Translations under genes and position numbers: made by a program | Notes under the pieces: model-generated | Seen by the model: the letters and a program-made list of their open reading frames with translations, nothing else | The model's database searches: none | What the model was told of the DNA's origin: nothing | Assembly (NCBI GenBank): GCA_046734435.1 | Contig: JBKPRE010000018.1 | Coordinates: forward strand, 2,471 to 66,470 | Direction: 5' to 3' | Origin: Pseudomonadota bacterium | GTDB taxonomy: Bacteria > Pseudomonadota > Alphaproteobacteria > Rhizobiales > Xanthobacteraceae | DNA: 64,000 bases | In this document: piece after piece, positions 36,909 through 46,477 of the stretch | How the letters are laid out: each line of letters opens with the position of its first letter | Numbering within the stretch: the stretch's first letter is position 1

Positions 36909-38654
36909 TCAATACGTATCCTGCAGATAGCGCTTTTCGCGCTCCAATGTCACCACCGCCTGCTCGGCCGCCTCGGGGGACAAAGCCTTTACTTCGGCAA
37001 AAGCGCGCACCAGCGCGGCGCGCACGTCCTTCGCCATCGCCTTGGCGTCGCCGCACACATAGAAATAGGCGCCGCCGTCGAGCCATTCGACCAGCTCGGC
37101 GCGGCGGTCCCACAATTTGTGCTGGACGTAGATCTTCTCCGGAGTGTCGCGCGAGAAGGCAACGTCCATGCGCGTCAGCGCGCCGTCCTTGAGCGCGTCC
37201 TGCCAGTCGAGCTGGTAAAGGAAGTCGTGCGTGAAGGTGCGGTCGCCGAAGAACAGCCAGCTGCGGCCGCTCGCTTCGGTCGCGCGGCGCTCCTGCACGA
37301 AGGCGCGGAACGGCGCGACGCCGGTGCCGGGGCCGACCATGATGACGTCCTTGTCGGGCGCCGGCAGCGCAAAATGCTTGTTCGGCTTCAGCTTTACGCG
37401 CACACGGCCGCCGCGCTTGAGCTGCTCGGCGACGAAGTTCGAGGCGACACCCTTGCGCTGGCGGCCGTGGCTCTCGTAGCGCACGGCGGAAATGAGCAGG
37501 TGTGCTTCATCTCCCACCTCGCGCCGCGATGATGCAATCGAATAGGCGCGCGGCGCCAGCGGCCGCGTCAGCGCGCGCAGCTTCTCGGCATCGAGCGCGA
37601 TCGGGAAGGTGGCGATCAGGTCGATCAGCTGGCGCCCGGCGATCCACTCGCGCGCCTGACCGTCGGCGATCAGCGCCTTGACGTAGTGATGGCCGGTCTT
37701 CTCGGCATAGGTCTCGACCGTCTTGAGCGAGAGGGTGGTCACGTCGCGCGACGTGAGGAAATCGCTGCGCAGCTTCTCCTCGCCCGCAAGGCCTGCGACC
37801 TTGAGCAGATCGTCGACATAGGCCGGGTCGTTCTCCGGATAGAGGTCGAGCGAGTCGCCCGGCTCGTAGGCCGGCGCGCCATTCTCGAAGGACAGCGCCA
37901 GATGGACGGTTTCCTTGTCGGAGCGCGAGGAGTTGAGATCGACATGCTCGGTGATCTCGGCCTCGATGATGTCGGTGCTCGCGGGTGCGGCCGGCTTGCC
38001 GCCGAAATCGACCTCGATGACGCGGCCGCCGGCATTCGGCGGCGTCAGCACCTTCACGGCATCGCCGATCCAGTGTGCCGCAGGCTCCGCGAAATCAAGA
38101 TCGAGATCGACGCGGTCGACGACGCGCTTGCCGCCAAGGGCTGCGAGGCGCTCGTCGATCTTCTTGCCGATGGCGCAGAATTCCTCATAGGCGGTGTCGC
38201 CCAGCGCCAGCACGCCGAACTCGACGCCGTCGAGGCGCGGCGCGCTTTCACCCATCAACTCGTTATAGGCCCGCACGGCGCGCGCCGGCGGATCGCCCTC
38301 GCCCCAGGTAGCGGCGATGAAGACAAGTTTTTTAGCGGAGGTGAGTTGCGACAGGTCGAGATCCGCCATGTCGATGACGGTCGGCTTGAGGCCATTCTTA
38401 CGCGCCGACTTGGCGATGTCGCCGGCGAGCTTCTCCGAATTCCCGGACTCGCTCGCAAACACAATGGTCAAGGGCTCAGCCGGCCGCGCCGGCCCCGCCG
38501 GCTGGATCGGCAATGCGCCGCCTGCCGAGGCATCGAGCCCCGCCAGGAATCCTGCGAGCCAGGCCCGCTGAACCGGCGTTGCGGTGCCGACCACGCGATT
38601 GAGGAGATCGATCTCCTCGTCGGCGAAAGGCGCGGTCTTCGGAATAGGCGACAT
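36909..38654 (-). CDS. cysJ: Sulfite reductase flavoprotein (flavodoxin + FAD/NADPH)
   Basis: FASESGNS, AATWGEGDPP, LALGDTAY, RAYSIASS, MVGPGTGVAPFR, RYLQDTY. Confidence 0.9.
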   Translation of the reverse strand: MSPIPKTAPFADEEIDLLNRVVGTATPVQRAWLAGFLAGLDASAGGALPIQPAGPARPAEPLTIVFASESGNSEKLAGDIAKSARKNGLKPTVIDMADLDLSQLTSAKKLVFIAATWGEGDPPARAVRAYNELMGESAPRLDGVEFGVLALGDTAYEEFCAIGKKIDERLAALGGKRVVDRVDLDLDFAEPAAHWIGDAVKVLTPPNAGGRVIEVDFGGKPAAPASTDIIEAEITEHVDLNSSRSDKETVHLALSFENGAPAYEPGDSLDLYPENDPAYVDDLLKVAGLAGEEKLRSDFLTSRDVTTLSLKTVETYAEKTGHHYVKALIADGQAREWIAGRQLIDLIATFPIALDAEKLRALTRPLAPRAYSIASSRREVGDEAHLLISAVRYESHGRQRKGVASNFVAEQLKRGGRVRVKLKPNKHFALPAPDKDVIMVGPGTGVAPFRAFVQERRATEASGRSWLFFGDRTFTHDFLYQLDWQDALKDGALTRMDVAFSRDTPEKIYVQHKLWDRRAELVEWLDGGAYFYVCGDAKAMAKDVRAALVRAFAEVKALSPEAAEQAVVTLEREKRYLQDTY

Positions 38655-38703
38655 TCCATTCTCACTTCCCGACGGCACCAGCGGCGCCGCCGTATTGCGG
38701 GCG

Positions 38704-38859
38704 TCAGATCGACGCGGGGTACAGGTGGTTGACGATGGCAAGGACGACGAGCAGGCCGACGCCGATCCCGAGGCTCCAGCCGATCAGTTTCTTCTCGACC
38801 GGCAGCAGCGGCTCGACTTCAGCCTTGCGCAGTTCCTCGCCGATATTCACGTCTGACAT
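38704..38859 (-). CDS. Small single-TM protein (51 aa)
   Basis: Manual translation MSDVNIGEELRKAEVEPLLPVEKKLIGWSLGIGVGLLVVLAIVNHLYPASI; GGGAG RBS; fills the gap between transporter and cysJ. Confidence 0.7.
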   Translation of the reverse strand: MSDVNIGEELRKAEVEPLLPVEKKLIGWSLGIGVGLLVVLAIVNHLYPASI

Positions 38860-38875
38860 TTCGTTTCTCCCAAAC

Positions 38876-40363
38876 TCAGCTGGCCAGCGGCGGCTTGACG
38901 CCGGCGAAGAACAGCCAGGAAATCAACAGTCCCACCCAGATCACGAAACCGAACAGGCTCAGGACGTAGACTGCGGCGAGCTTGCCGATGCCCTCCTGCC
39001 AGAGCTTCTTGAAGTTCGACAAAACGCCGATCGAGAAGAACGTCAGGATGAAAAACACGACGCGCAGCGTATTCGCCTCGCCCATCGCGGCCGGCACCTT
39101 GTGCGCGATGTCGGCGGGCGTCGCGAGCGCGAGATAGAGCCCGACGATGAAGGTGATCACGAAGCCGATCACGAATTTCGGGAAGCGGTCCCAGATCTCG
39201 CGGATGCTCGCTTTGTCCGACGTGCGGTTGATGTGATTGGTCCAGATGTAGCCGAGCACGAAGGCCCAGATGCCGATGAAGATGTCGATGAACACCTTGA
39301 TCGTCGCGGTGGTGCCGAGGATCCAGCCGGCCTGATATTTGACGCCTTCCGCCGCGTTCTGCGCGAGGATCAGCGATTCGGTGATGGCACCGGCGGCAAC
39401 CGCAGCGCCATCGGTCTTGACCGCAAGGCCCATCCAGGCGCCGGCGACCAGCGGCTCGTGCGCGAGGAAGTGCTGCGCCAGGAACGGCAGGATCAGCACT
39501 TCGACCACCGCGAAGACGACGACCAGCGATGATACCAGCACCGGCACAATGGGGCGCGCGCGGATGGCGCCGCCGGTGGCGATCGCCGCCGAGACGCCGC
39601 AGATCGAGATGCCGGAGGCGAGCGGCGCCGCCCATTCGCGGTTGAAGCCGAAATATTTGCGGGCGATGAAATAGACCACCGCCCAGTAGATGAGGTAGGC
39701 CTCGATGATCGCCGCGACGCCGCGCAGCAGCAGCGAGCTCGCCAGCGACAATTTTCCGGCCGCGGTCACCGCGAAGAAACCGCCGAGGATCACGATCGCA
39801 ATCTTGATGTAGAGCTCGGGCCGCACTGCGTCCTTGATCGCCTCTGCGAAGCGCGGAAACACGTTGGCGATCACCAGGCCGACGATGAGTGCAAAGATAT
39901 AGGCGCCTTCATTGGTCAGCTTCAGCGACCAGCTGATGCCGAACTTCTGCAGGTCGGCCGGCGTCACCGCCGCGAAGGTTGCGAAATTGCCGACGATCCA
40001 GCTCGCATAGGCGATCCAGAACACGGCGGTGAAGGAAAGCGCAAACTTCCTGATATCGATCTTGAGCGCGACCGCCGCCGCACTCAGCAAAACGAGGAGC
40101 GCGGCATAGGTCGCAACCAGCGCGCCGACGCCGCCGAGCGCTGCGTAGGATTTCGACACGGTGCCGAGCGCCTTGCTGAAGTCGACCCACACTGCCGTCG
40201 TGACGACCCAGCCGAGCAGATCGATATTGACGATCGCCGCGAGCGACAGCACGAAAATGAACAGACCGACGATCAGCGACAGCCAGTCTTCGCTGATGCG
40301 CGGCGTGATCTCGACATTGTCGGCGCGTTTTGGTGCGCGCTCGTTCCAGGTCGTTGTTGTCAT
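38876..40363 (-). CDS. YeiH-like putative sulfate exporter family transporter
   Basis: Many TMs with SGISICGVSAAIATGGA and AWMGLAVKTDGAAVAAG; upstream of cysJI. Confidence 0.8.
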   Translation of the reverse strand: MTTTTWNERAPKRADNVEITPRISEDWLSLIVGLFIFVLSLAAIVNIDLLGWVVTTAVWVDFSKALGTVSKSYAALGGVGALVATYAALLVLLSAAAVALKIDIRKFALSFTAVFWIAYASWIVGNFATFAAVTPADLQKFGISWSLKLTNEGAYIFALIVGLVIANVFPRFAEAIKDAVRPELYIKIAIVILGGFFAVTAAGKLSLASSLLLRGVAAIIEAYLIYWAVVYFIARKYFGFNREWAAPLASGISICGVSAAIATGGAIRARPIVPVLVSSLVVVFAVVEVLILPFLAQHFLAHEPLVAGAWMGLAVKTDGAAVAAGAITESLILAQNAAEGVKYQAGWILGTTATIKVFIDIFIGIWAFVLGYIWTNHINRTSDKASIREIWDRFPKFVIGFVITFIVGLYLALATPADIAHKVPAAMGEANTLRVVFFILTFFSIGVLSNFKKLWQEGIGKLAAVYVLSLFGFVIWVGLLISWLFFAGVKPPLAS

Positions 40364-40378
40364 GAATTGTCGTCCTGC

Positions 40379-40498
40379 TTACCAATGCACATGCGGGACG
40401 ACGCCGACGGCAATCAGCGCCACCAGCGCCGTGGCAAGCGCGAGCGTCCAGGCTTCGAGCTGCGAAACGCGCTCGGGCTCATGCGGGAAATCGGACAT
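40379..40498 (-). CDS. Candidate small single-TM protein (39 aa)
   Basis: Manual translation MSDFPHEPERVSQLEAWTLALATALVALIAVGVVPHVHW; GGAG upstream; ends 15 nt before the transporter start. Confidence 0.5.
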   Translation of the reverse strand: MSDFPHEPERVSQLEAWTLALATALVALIAVGVVPHVHW

Positions 40499-40723
40499 CG
40501 GGCCTGCTCCGGTTACGGAACCTCTGGACCCGATAAGTAGGAGGTTGTTCTCCAAAACCGCAATAAGTGCCCGAAAATAAGAAGAAATTTGCTTCCCCAG
40601 GGGTCAGGCGGCGTAACAATTTCCTTCCCCGCTCGCGTTGTGGAGAACGCCGGTTACGCTCGAAAGCCGCATTTACGTATGCAAAACACGGAAGATGTTG
40701 CTCACTCCGGAACGCATTCACTG

Positions 40724-41404
40724 ATGCCGAGCTATCGCCGCAGGGTGCACGACCTCCTGTCGCCGCGCGAGCACCGGCTGTTCGCGCGTCTCGACACGCC
40801 GCAAAAAATCCAGACCTATCTCGACAGGCTGCCGGTAAACTTCAGTCTCAACGGCGACACCGCAATGTCGCCGCGCCGCGTGCTCGAAGCACGCATGGCG
40901 CATTGCGCGGAGGGCGCGGTCTTCGCCGCCGCGGCGCTGGCCTATCACGGCCGGCCGCCGCTGCTGATGGACATCCGCGCGCTGCCAAGCGACCAGGATC
41001 ACATCATTACGTTGTTTCGTGAGCGCGGGCTGTGGGGCGCGATCAGCAAGACCAACCACGCGGTCCTGCGCTGGCGCGATCCGATCTATCGCAGCGTGCG
41101 CGAGCTCGCGATGAGCTATGCGCACGAATATTGTCTGCCGGGCGGCAAGAAATCGATGCTGTCTTACTCGAGGCCGTTCTCGCTCAAGCGCTACACGCCG
41201 AAGGACTGGGTGATCGCGCCGGAGGATCTCGACCAGCTGCTGGTCGATCTCGACACCTCGCCGCATCTTCCGGTCGCGCCGCCGCCGGCATTGCGCAACC
41301 GCCGGCGCGTCTCGCGCGTGGAGCTGCTGTCGCAGGATGTCGTCGAGTGGCCGGAACCGAAGAAGAAAAGAAGGAAGAGAAAGACGCCGAAGAGGCGGGC
41401 ATAG
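40724..41404 (+). CDS. Hypothetical protein, possible transglutaminase/papain-like fold
   Basis: KIQTYLD, AHCAEGA, DHIITLF, WGAISKTN, RDPIYRS. Confidence 0.6.
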   Translation: MPSYRRRVHDLLSPREHRLFARLDTPQKIQTYLDRLPVNFSLNGDTAMSPRRVLEARMAHCAEGAVFAAAALAYHGRPPLLMDIRALPSDQDHIITLFRERGLWGAISKTNHAVLRWRDPIYRSVRELAMSYAHEYCLPGGKKSMLSYSRPFSLKRYTPKDWVIAPEDLDQLLVDLDTSPHLPVAPPPALRNRRRVSRVELLSQDVVEWPEPKKKRRKRKTPKRRA

Positions 41405-41415
41405 CCCCTCACCCG

Positions 41416-41526
41416 GTCATTGCCGGGCTTGACCCGGCAATCCATGAGACAGCTCCACACGCACAACCATAAGGCCACCATTCGTTGCAATTCATCATGG
41501 ATGCGCGGGTCAAGCCCGCGCATGAC
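41416..41526 (-). repeat. 111-bp REP-dimer unit (reverse orientation)
   Basis: GTCATTGCCGGGCTTGACCCGGCAATCCA ... TGGATGCGCGGGTCAAGCCCGCGCATGAC. Confidence 0.92.
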
Positions 41527-41559
41527 CGTGCCTTACATTTGCGCCGACGGCGGTGGCCG

Positions 41560-41586
41560 TGGGTTCCCGCTTTCGCGGGGACGAAC
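41560..41586. repeat. Single palindrome of a related type
   Basis: TGGGTTCCCGCTTTCGCGGGGACGAAC. Confidence 0.55.
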
Positions 41587-41662
41587 GGTTGGAGCTGGTG
41601 GCTGACAGATGAAGGGCTGCCCGGTATAAGCAATGTGCATCGTGTGACCTGAGGCAACCGGC

Positions 41663-42091
41663 GTGGCGTCGTTCACCTACCGCAGGCAATTGACCATCGA
41701 ATGGGGCCAGTGCGATCCGGCCGGCATCGTGTTCAACAGCCGGTTCTTCGAGATCTTCGACATCGGCACCTGGCACATGTTTGAGGCCGTCCTCGGCGTG
41801 AAGCCGCACGAGCTCGCCGGCACCTTCGGCATCATTGGCATCCCGCTGGTCGACGCGAGCGCCAATTTCATCACGCCGATCAGGTTCGGCGACACCGTCG
41901 AAATGACCTCGCGGGTGAGCGAGTTCCGTCGCTCCAGTTTCGACGTCGAGCATCGCCTTTCGGTTAACGGCGCGCTTGCGGTCGAGGGCGCGGAAACCCG
42001 CGTCTGGGCGGCGCGCAGCAAGGATGACCCCGGAAAGATCGGCGGTATGGCCATCCCACCTGACGTCATCGCGAAATTCGGCCCCGCCTAA
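41663..42091 (+). CDS. Acyl-CoA thioesterase, 4-hydroxybenzoyl-CoA thioesterase (hotdog) family
   Basis: IEWGQCDPAGIVFNSRFFE, PLVDASANF, RFGD; GTG start. Confidence 0.85.
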   Translation: MASFTYRRQLTIEWGQCDPAGIVFNSRFFEIFDIGTWHMFEAVLGVKPHELAGTFGIIGIPLVDASANFITPIRFGDTVEMTSRVSEFRRSSFDVEHRLSVNGALAVEGAETRVWAARSKDDPGKIGGMAIPPDVIAKFGPA

Positions 42092-42225
42092 CGTTCCAGC
42101 CATTCCCGGGAATTGGCTTGTGGAAGCGCTTCGGCGCTGCCCGCGGCGCAGATACAATTGGGCGTCGATACGCGAATAAGAACAATGAGAAGGCGCGCCT
42201 AAGCGCGCTTGAAGGGAAGAAACAT

Positions 42226-42708
42226 TTGGCCCGGCTGCTGTCATGCAGGCTGAACGGGCGCGACCGCTCCGATGCGGTCGCCGACAATATTCTGCTGCTC
42301 GATTACCTGCGCGAGAAGGTCGGCCTCACCGGCACCAAGACGGGCTGCGACGGCGGCGAGTGCGGCGCCTGTACGGTCTTGATCGACGACAAACCCACTT
42401 TATCCTGCCTGACCCTTGCGGCCACCGTCCAAGGCAGGCGCGTCGACACCATCGAGTCGCTTGGCCGCGACGGGCAGCTTTCCGCCGTGCAGCGCGGCTT
42501 CCACGAGAAGCTCGGCTCGCAGTGCGGCTATTGCACGCCCGGATTCATCATGGCGTCGGCCGGCTTGCTGCGGCGAAATCCGGATCCGAGTGATCACGAG
42601 ATTCTGGAAGCGCTCGGCAGCAACATCTGCCGCTGCACCGGCTACGTGAAGATCATCGAGGCGGTGAAATACGCGGTGGCGCTCGGCAAGCAGGGAGTCG
42701 CGCCGTGA
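42226..42708 (+). CDS. hcrC: 4-hydroxybenzoyl-CoA reductase gamma subunit, two [2Fe-2S]
   Basis: GTKTGCDGGECGACTV, QCGYCTPG, NICRCTGY; start codon uncertain (TTG chosen). Confidence 0.85.
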   Translation: MARLLSCRLNGRDRSDAVADNILLLDYLREKVGLTGTKTGCDGGECGACTVLIDDKPTLSCLTLAATVQGRRVDTIESLGRDGQLSAVQRGFHEKLGSQCGYCTPGFIMASAGLLRRNPDPSDHEILEALGSNICRCTGYVKIIEAVKYAVALGKQGVAP

Positions 42709-42755
42709 GTTTCCTTTTTCGGGAGAGAAGGCAGGCGCTCGCCACACTCTCAGGC

Positions 42756-42866
42756 GTCATGCGCGGGCCTGGCCCGCGCATCCATGATGAGGCGCAGCAC
42801 GCAAAATTCTTACGGATGTGCTCGGGGCGCTGCCTCATGGATGGCCGGGTCAAGCCCGGCCATGAC
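42756..42866 (+). repeat. 111-bp REP-dimer unit between hcrC and hcrA
   Basis: GTCATGCGCGGGCCTGGCCCGCGCATCCA ... TGGATGGCCGGGTCAAGCCCGGCCATGAC. Confidence 0.92.
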
Positions 42867-42907
42867 AGCGGAGGGGTTGTGCCCCCAACATCATTATGCG
42901 TGGCGCC

Positions 42908-45250
42908 ATGAACAAGCCCATGCCCGCGCATAACATCGGCGGCTACGTCCCGATGATCGACGGGCCGGAGAAAGTCTCTGGCCGCGCCAAATACACCGCC
43001 GACATCGTGGCGCCGGGGCAGCTCGCCGGCCGCATCTATCGCAGCCCCTATTCACACGCCGACATCGTCAGCGTGGATGTGACTGACGCACTGAAGGTGC
43101 CCGGCGTCATTTCCATCGTCACTGGCGCCGACTGCGACAAGGGCTTCGGCGTGCTGCCGATCGCGCGCACCGAATATCCGCTGGCGCGCGACAAAGTGCG
43201 CTATCGCGGCGAGCCGGTCGCCGCCGTGGCCGCGCTCGACGACAATGCCGCGCGTGAAGCCCTTCGCCACATAAGAATGACCGTGAAGGAGCTGCCGGCC
43301 TATTACACCTCGAAGGACGCGCTCGCGCCCGGCGCCGCGCTCCTGCACGAGAAGAAGCCCGGCAATATCGAGCGTGACGTGCTGTTCGAGCTCGGCTCGA
43401 CCGCGCAGGGCTTCGCCGAGGCCGATCTCGTGCGCGAGGGCACCTATAACTGCGCCGAGGTCTGCCAGAACCAGATGGAGATGCACGCCGCGGTCGCCGA
43501 ATACGACGCCGTGCGCGAGCGCATGACCGTGCACGCCTCGACCCAGGTGCCCTATTACGTGCACCTGATGCTGTCGCAGATCCTCGGCATGGACATGTCG
43601 CGCATCCGCGTGATCAAGCCGCATGTCGGCGGCGGCTTCGGCTGCCGCACCGAGACGCTCAATGTCGAATTGATCGCAGCGCTTCTTGCGCGCAAGGCCA
43701 ACGGCACCGTGCGCATGGTGACGACGCGCGAGGAGACCTTCATCACCCATCGCGGCCGGCCCGAGACCGATATCAAGCTGAAGATCGGCATGCGCAAGGA
43801 CGGCCGCATCACCGCGGTCGAATGCGACTGCGACCAGCGCGGCGGCGCGCATTCCGGCTACGGCGTGGTGACGATCCTCTATGCCGGCTCGATGCTCTAC
43901 GCCATCTACGACCTGCACAATGTGAAATACACCGGCCGCCGCGTGCTCACCAACACGCCGCCCTGCGGCGCCTTCCGCGGCCACGGCACCGTCGACATCC
44001 GCTTCGCCTTCGAGAGCCTGGTGGACGAGATGGCGATTGAACTCGGCCTCGATCCCTTCGCGGTGCGGCGTGCCAACCTGCTGACGGCGCCGACCTTCAC
44101 CGACAACGACCTGATGGTGAACTCCTACGGCCTGCCGGAATGCCTCGACTGGGTCGAGCGCGAGAGCGGCTGGAAGAAACGCAAGAGCAAGACCGGAAAC
44201 GGCAAAGGCCTGCGCAAGGGATACGGCATGGCCTGCTCTCATTATATCAGCGGCGCATCCAAGCCGGTGAACTGGACCGGCGAGCCGCATGCGACAGTGA
44301 AGATCAAGCTCGATTTCGACGGCTCGATCGTGGTGCTGTCGGGCGCGGCCGATATCGGCCAGGGCTCGACCACGATCCTCGCGCAGACCGTCGCCGAGGT
44401 GCTGGGCCTCGATCTGTCGCGGGTGCGCGTCGTCACCGGCGACAGCGAGGTGGTGCCGAAGGACAACGGCTCCTACTCATCGCGCGTCACCTTCATGGTC
44501 GGCAATGCCGCGCTCGATGCCGCGCGTAACCTGAAAAGCGTGCTCACCAACGCCGCCGCGCGCAAGCTCGAGGCGCGCCCGGAGGACATCGAGTGCCTCG
44601 GCGAGATCTATCGCGCGGGCAAGCAGGACAAGGGCACGACCTTCGAGGAAGTGGTGACGGAAGCACTGAAGGACACCGGCACCATCACCGTCACTGGCAA
44701 CTACTCGACCATTCCGGAATCGCACGGCGGCAAGAAATATCGCGGCGCCGCCATCGGCGGCACCATGGGCTACTCATATTCGGCGCAGGTGGTCGAGGTT
44801 TCCGTCGACGAGGAAACCGGCGTCGTCACCGTCGACAAGGTCTGGGTCGCGCATGACTGCGGCAAGGCGCTTAACCGCCTCACCGTCGAAGGCCAGGTGC
44901 AGGGCTCGGTCTGGATGGGCATGGGCCAGGCGATGAGCGAGGAAGCCGCCTATCACGACGGGCTGATGGTCACCGCCAATATGCTCGATTACCGCGTGCC
45001 GACCATCCAGGATTCCCCGCCGATCGAGGTCGGCATCGTCGAGAGCAACGACCCGCACGGGCCGTTCGGCGCCAAGGAGGCGGGCGAAGGCTCGCTCGCC
45101 GCGTTTCTGCCGGCGCTCACCAACGCTATCGCCGATGCCATTGGCATCCGCTTTAACGATCTGCCGGTGACTCCCGACCGCGTCTTCGAGGCGATCGAGA
45201 AGCGGCGGCGGGCGGCGGAGAAGTCGTCCAAGAAGAATGGGGGCGCGTGA
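42908..45250 (+). CDS. hcrA: 4-hydroxybenzoyl-CoA reductase alpha subunit (molybdenum)
   Basis: FGVLPIA...[70 protein letters not shown] match HcrA/HbaC as recalled. Confidence 0.9.
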   Translation: MNKPMPAHNIGGYVPMIDGPEKVSGRAKYTADIVAPGQLAGRIYRSPYSHADIVSVDVTDALKVPGVISIVTGADCDKGFGVLPIARTEYPLARDKVRYRGEPVAAVAALDDNAAREALRHIRMTVKELPAYYTSKDALAPGAALLHEKKPGNIERDVLFELGSTAQGFAEADLVREGTYNCAEVCQNQMEMHAAVAEYDAVRERMTVHASTQVPYYVHLMLSQILGMDMSRIRVIKPHVGGGFGCRTETLNVELIAALLARKANGTVRMVTTREETFITHRGRPETDIKLKIGMRKDGRITAVECDCDQRGGAHSGYGVVTILYAGSMLYAIYDLHNVKYTGRRVLTNTPPCGAFRGHGTVDIRFAFESLVDEMAIELGLDPFAVRRANLLTAPTFTDNDLMVNSYGLPECLDWVERESGWKKRKSKTGNGKGLRKGYGMACSHYISGASKPVNWTGEPHATVKIKLDFDGSIVVLSGAADIGQGSTTILAQTVAEVLGLDLSRVRVVTGDSEVVPKDNGSYSSRVTFMVGNAALDAARNLKSVLTNAAARKLEARPEDIECLGEIYRAGKQDKGTTFEEVVTEALKDTGTITVTGNYSTIPESHGGKKYRGAAIGGTMGYSYSAQVVEVSVDEETGVVTVDKVWVAHDCGKALNRLTVEGQVQGSVWMGMGQAMSEEAAYHDGLMVTANMLDYRVPTIQDSPPIEVGIVESNDPHGPFGAKEAGEGSLAAFLPALTNAIADAIGIRFNDLPVTPDRVFEAIEKRRRAAEKSSKKNGGA

Positions 45251-45282
45251 TGGTGAATAGCGCGCACGCCGTCCTCTCAGTC

Positions 45283-45393
45283 GTCATGCGCGGGTTTGAC
45301 CCGCGCATCCCCGATGAGATTCCGCACGTCTCAACCTTACGGCTGTCATTGCGCCGCCGCCTCATGGATTGCCGGGTCAAGCCCGGCAATGAC
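45283..45393 (+). repeat. 111-bp REP-dimer unit between hcrA and hcrB
   Basis: GTCATGCGCGGGTTTGACCCGCGCATCC ... TGGATTGCCGGGTCAAGCCCGGCAATGAC. Confidence 0.92.
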
Positions 45394-45443
45394 AACCGAG
45401 GGGTCGGTGTTTGCCTCATGGCCTGCGAGGGCGGAGACTGGTA

Positions 45444-46460
45444 ATGGACGCCCTGCCCCAGTTCCGCATCGTCACGCCGCGCACGGTCGAGGAAGCAATC
45501 GCCGCGCGCGCCGACAATCCGAACGCCATGCCGCTCGGCGGCGGCACCGATCTTGTCGTCAACATCCGCCGCGGCATCGTCGCCCCGCCGGTTCTGATCG
45601 ACATGAACCGCGTGCAGGAGCTGCACAAAATTCACGCCGATGAGACATCGATCGAGCTCGGCGCCTCGGTGACGCTGAGCGAGATCGCCGCGCATCCCGC
45701 CATCAACAGGCACTATCCCGTTGTTGCGCAGGCGGCCGCGCATATCGCCGGCCCCACCCACCGCAACATGGGCACCGTCGGCGGCAATCTCTGCCTCGAC
45801 ACCCGCTGCATCTTCTATAACCAGAGCGAATGGTGGCGTGACGCCAACAATCACTGCCTGAAGACCACCGGCACGATCTGCCACGTCGCGCCGAAGAGCC
45901 GCGGCGTGTGCTTTGCGACCTTCTCGGGCGATCTTGCGCCTGCTTTGCTCACGCTCGGCGCCGAGGTCGACATCGCCGGCCCGTCCGGCAAGCGCACCAT
46001 TCCGCTCGAAAAGCTCTATATCGGCTTCGCCCGCCAGGACGTGCCGGTCAGCGAGACCCAGGGCGACGGCAAATATTATCTGTCGCTGCGCCCGGGCGAG
46101 CTCGTCACCGCCGTGCGCGCGAAAAACACGGCCGGTTTACGCTCCGCCTACGACAAGATCCGCATCCGCCGCTCGATCGAGTATCCGGTCGCCGGCGTTG
46201 CCGTCGCGCTGAAGAAGAACAAAGGCAAGCTCGCTGATCTGCGCATCGGCTTCACCGGCACCAATCCGCGCCCGGTGCTGCTCGCCGGCACCGCCGAGCT
46301 GTGCGGCGGCGGGCTCGACGATCGCGTCATCAAGGGCCTCGATGCGCTGGTGCGCGACCAGATCATGCCGATGAAGACGACGTTCACGCCCGGCCATTAC
46401 CGCCGGCGCGTCGCCGGCGTGCTGGCGCGCCGCCTGCTGACGCGGCTGTTCGAAAGCTGA
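45444..46460 (+). CDS. hcrB: 4-hydroxybenzoyl-CoA reductase beta subunit (FAD, extra [4Fe-4S])
   Basis: GGGTDL, RNMGTVGGNLCLDTRCIFYNQSEWWR, HCLK...CHVAP...CFATFSGDLAP. Confidence 0.9.
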   Translation: MDALPQFRIVTPRTVEEAIAARADNPNAMPLGGGTDLVVNIRRGIVAPPVLIDMNRVQELHKIHADETSIELGASVTLSEIAAHPAINRHYPVVAQAAAHIAGPTHRNMGTVGGNLCLDTRCIFYNQSEWWRDANNHCLKTTGTICHVAPKSRGVCFATFSGDLAPALLTLGAEVDIAGPSGKRTIPLEKLYIGFARQDVPVSETQGDGKYYLSLRPGELVTAVRAKNTAGLRSAYDKIRIRRSIEYPVAGVAVALKKNKGKLADLRIGFTGTNPRPVLLAGTAELCGGGLDDRVIKGLDALVRDQIMPMKTTFTPGHYRRRVAGVLARRLLTRLFES

Positions 46461-46477
46461 AGACGGGGGGCCGGGGG

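Noticed and set aside
41530-42230. FNR/FixK-type site for the hcr operon
   Set aside because: No TTGAT-N4-ATCAA match was found by eye.
42705-42911. Short ORFs built on repeats (also 41420-41605, 45247-45444, 58261-58491, 60941-61123, 61594-61800)
   Set aside because: They translate REP sequence (MRGLDPRIH / [10 protein letters not shown] peptides) and lack independent coding evidence.
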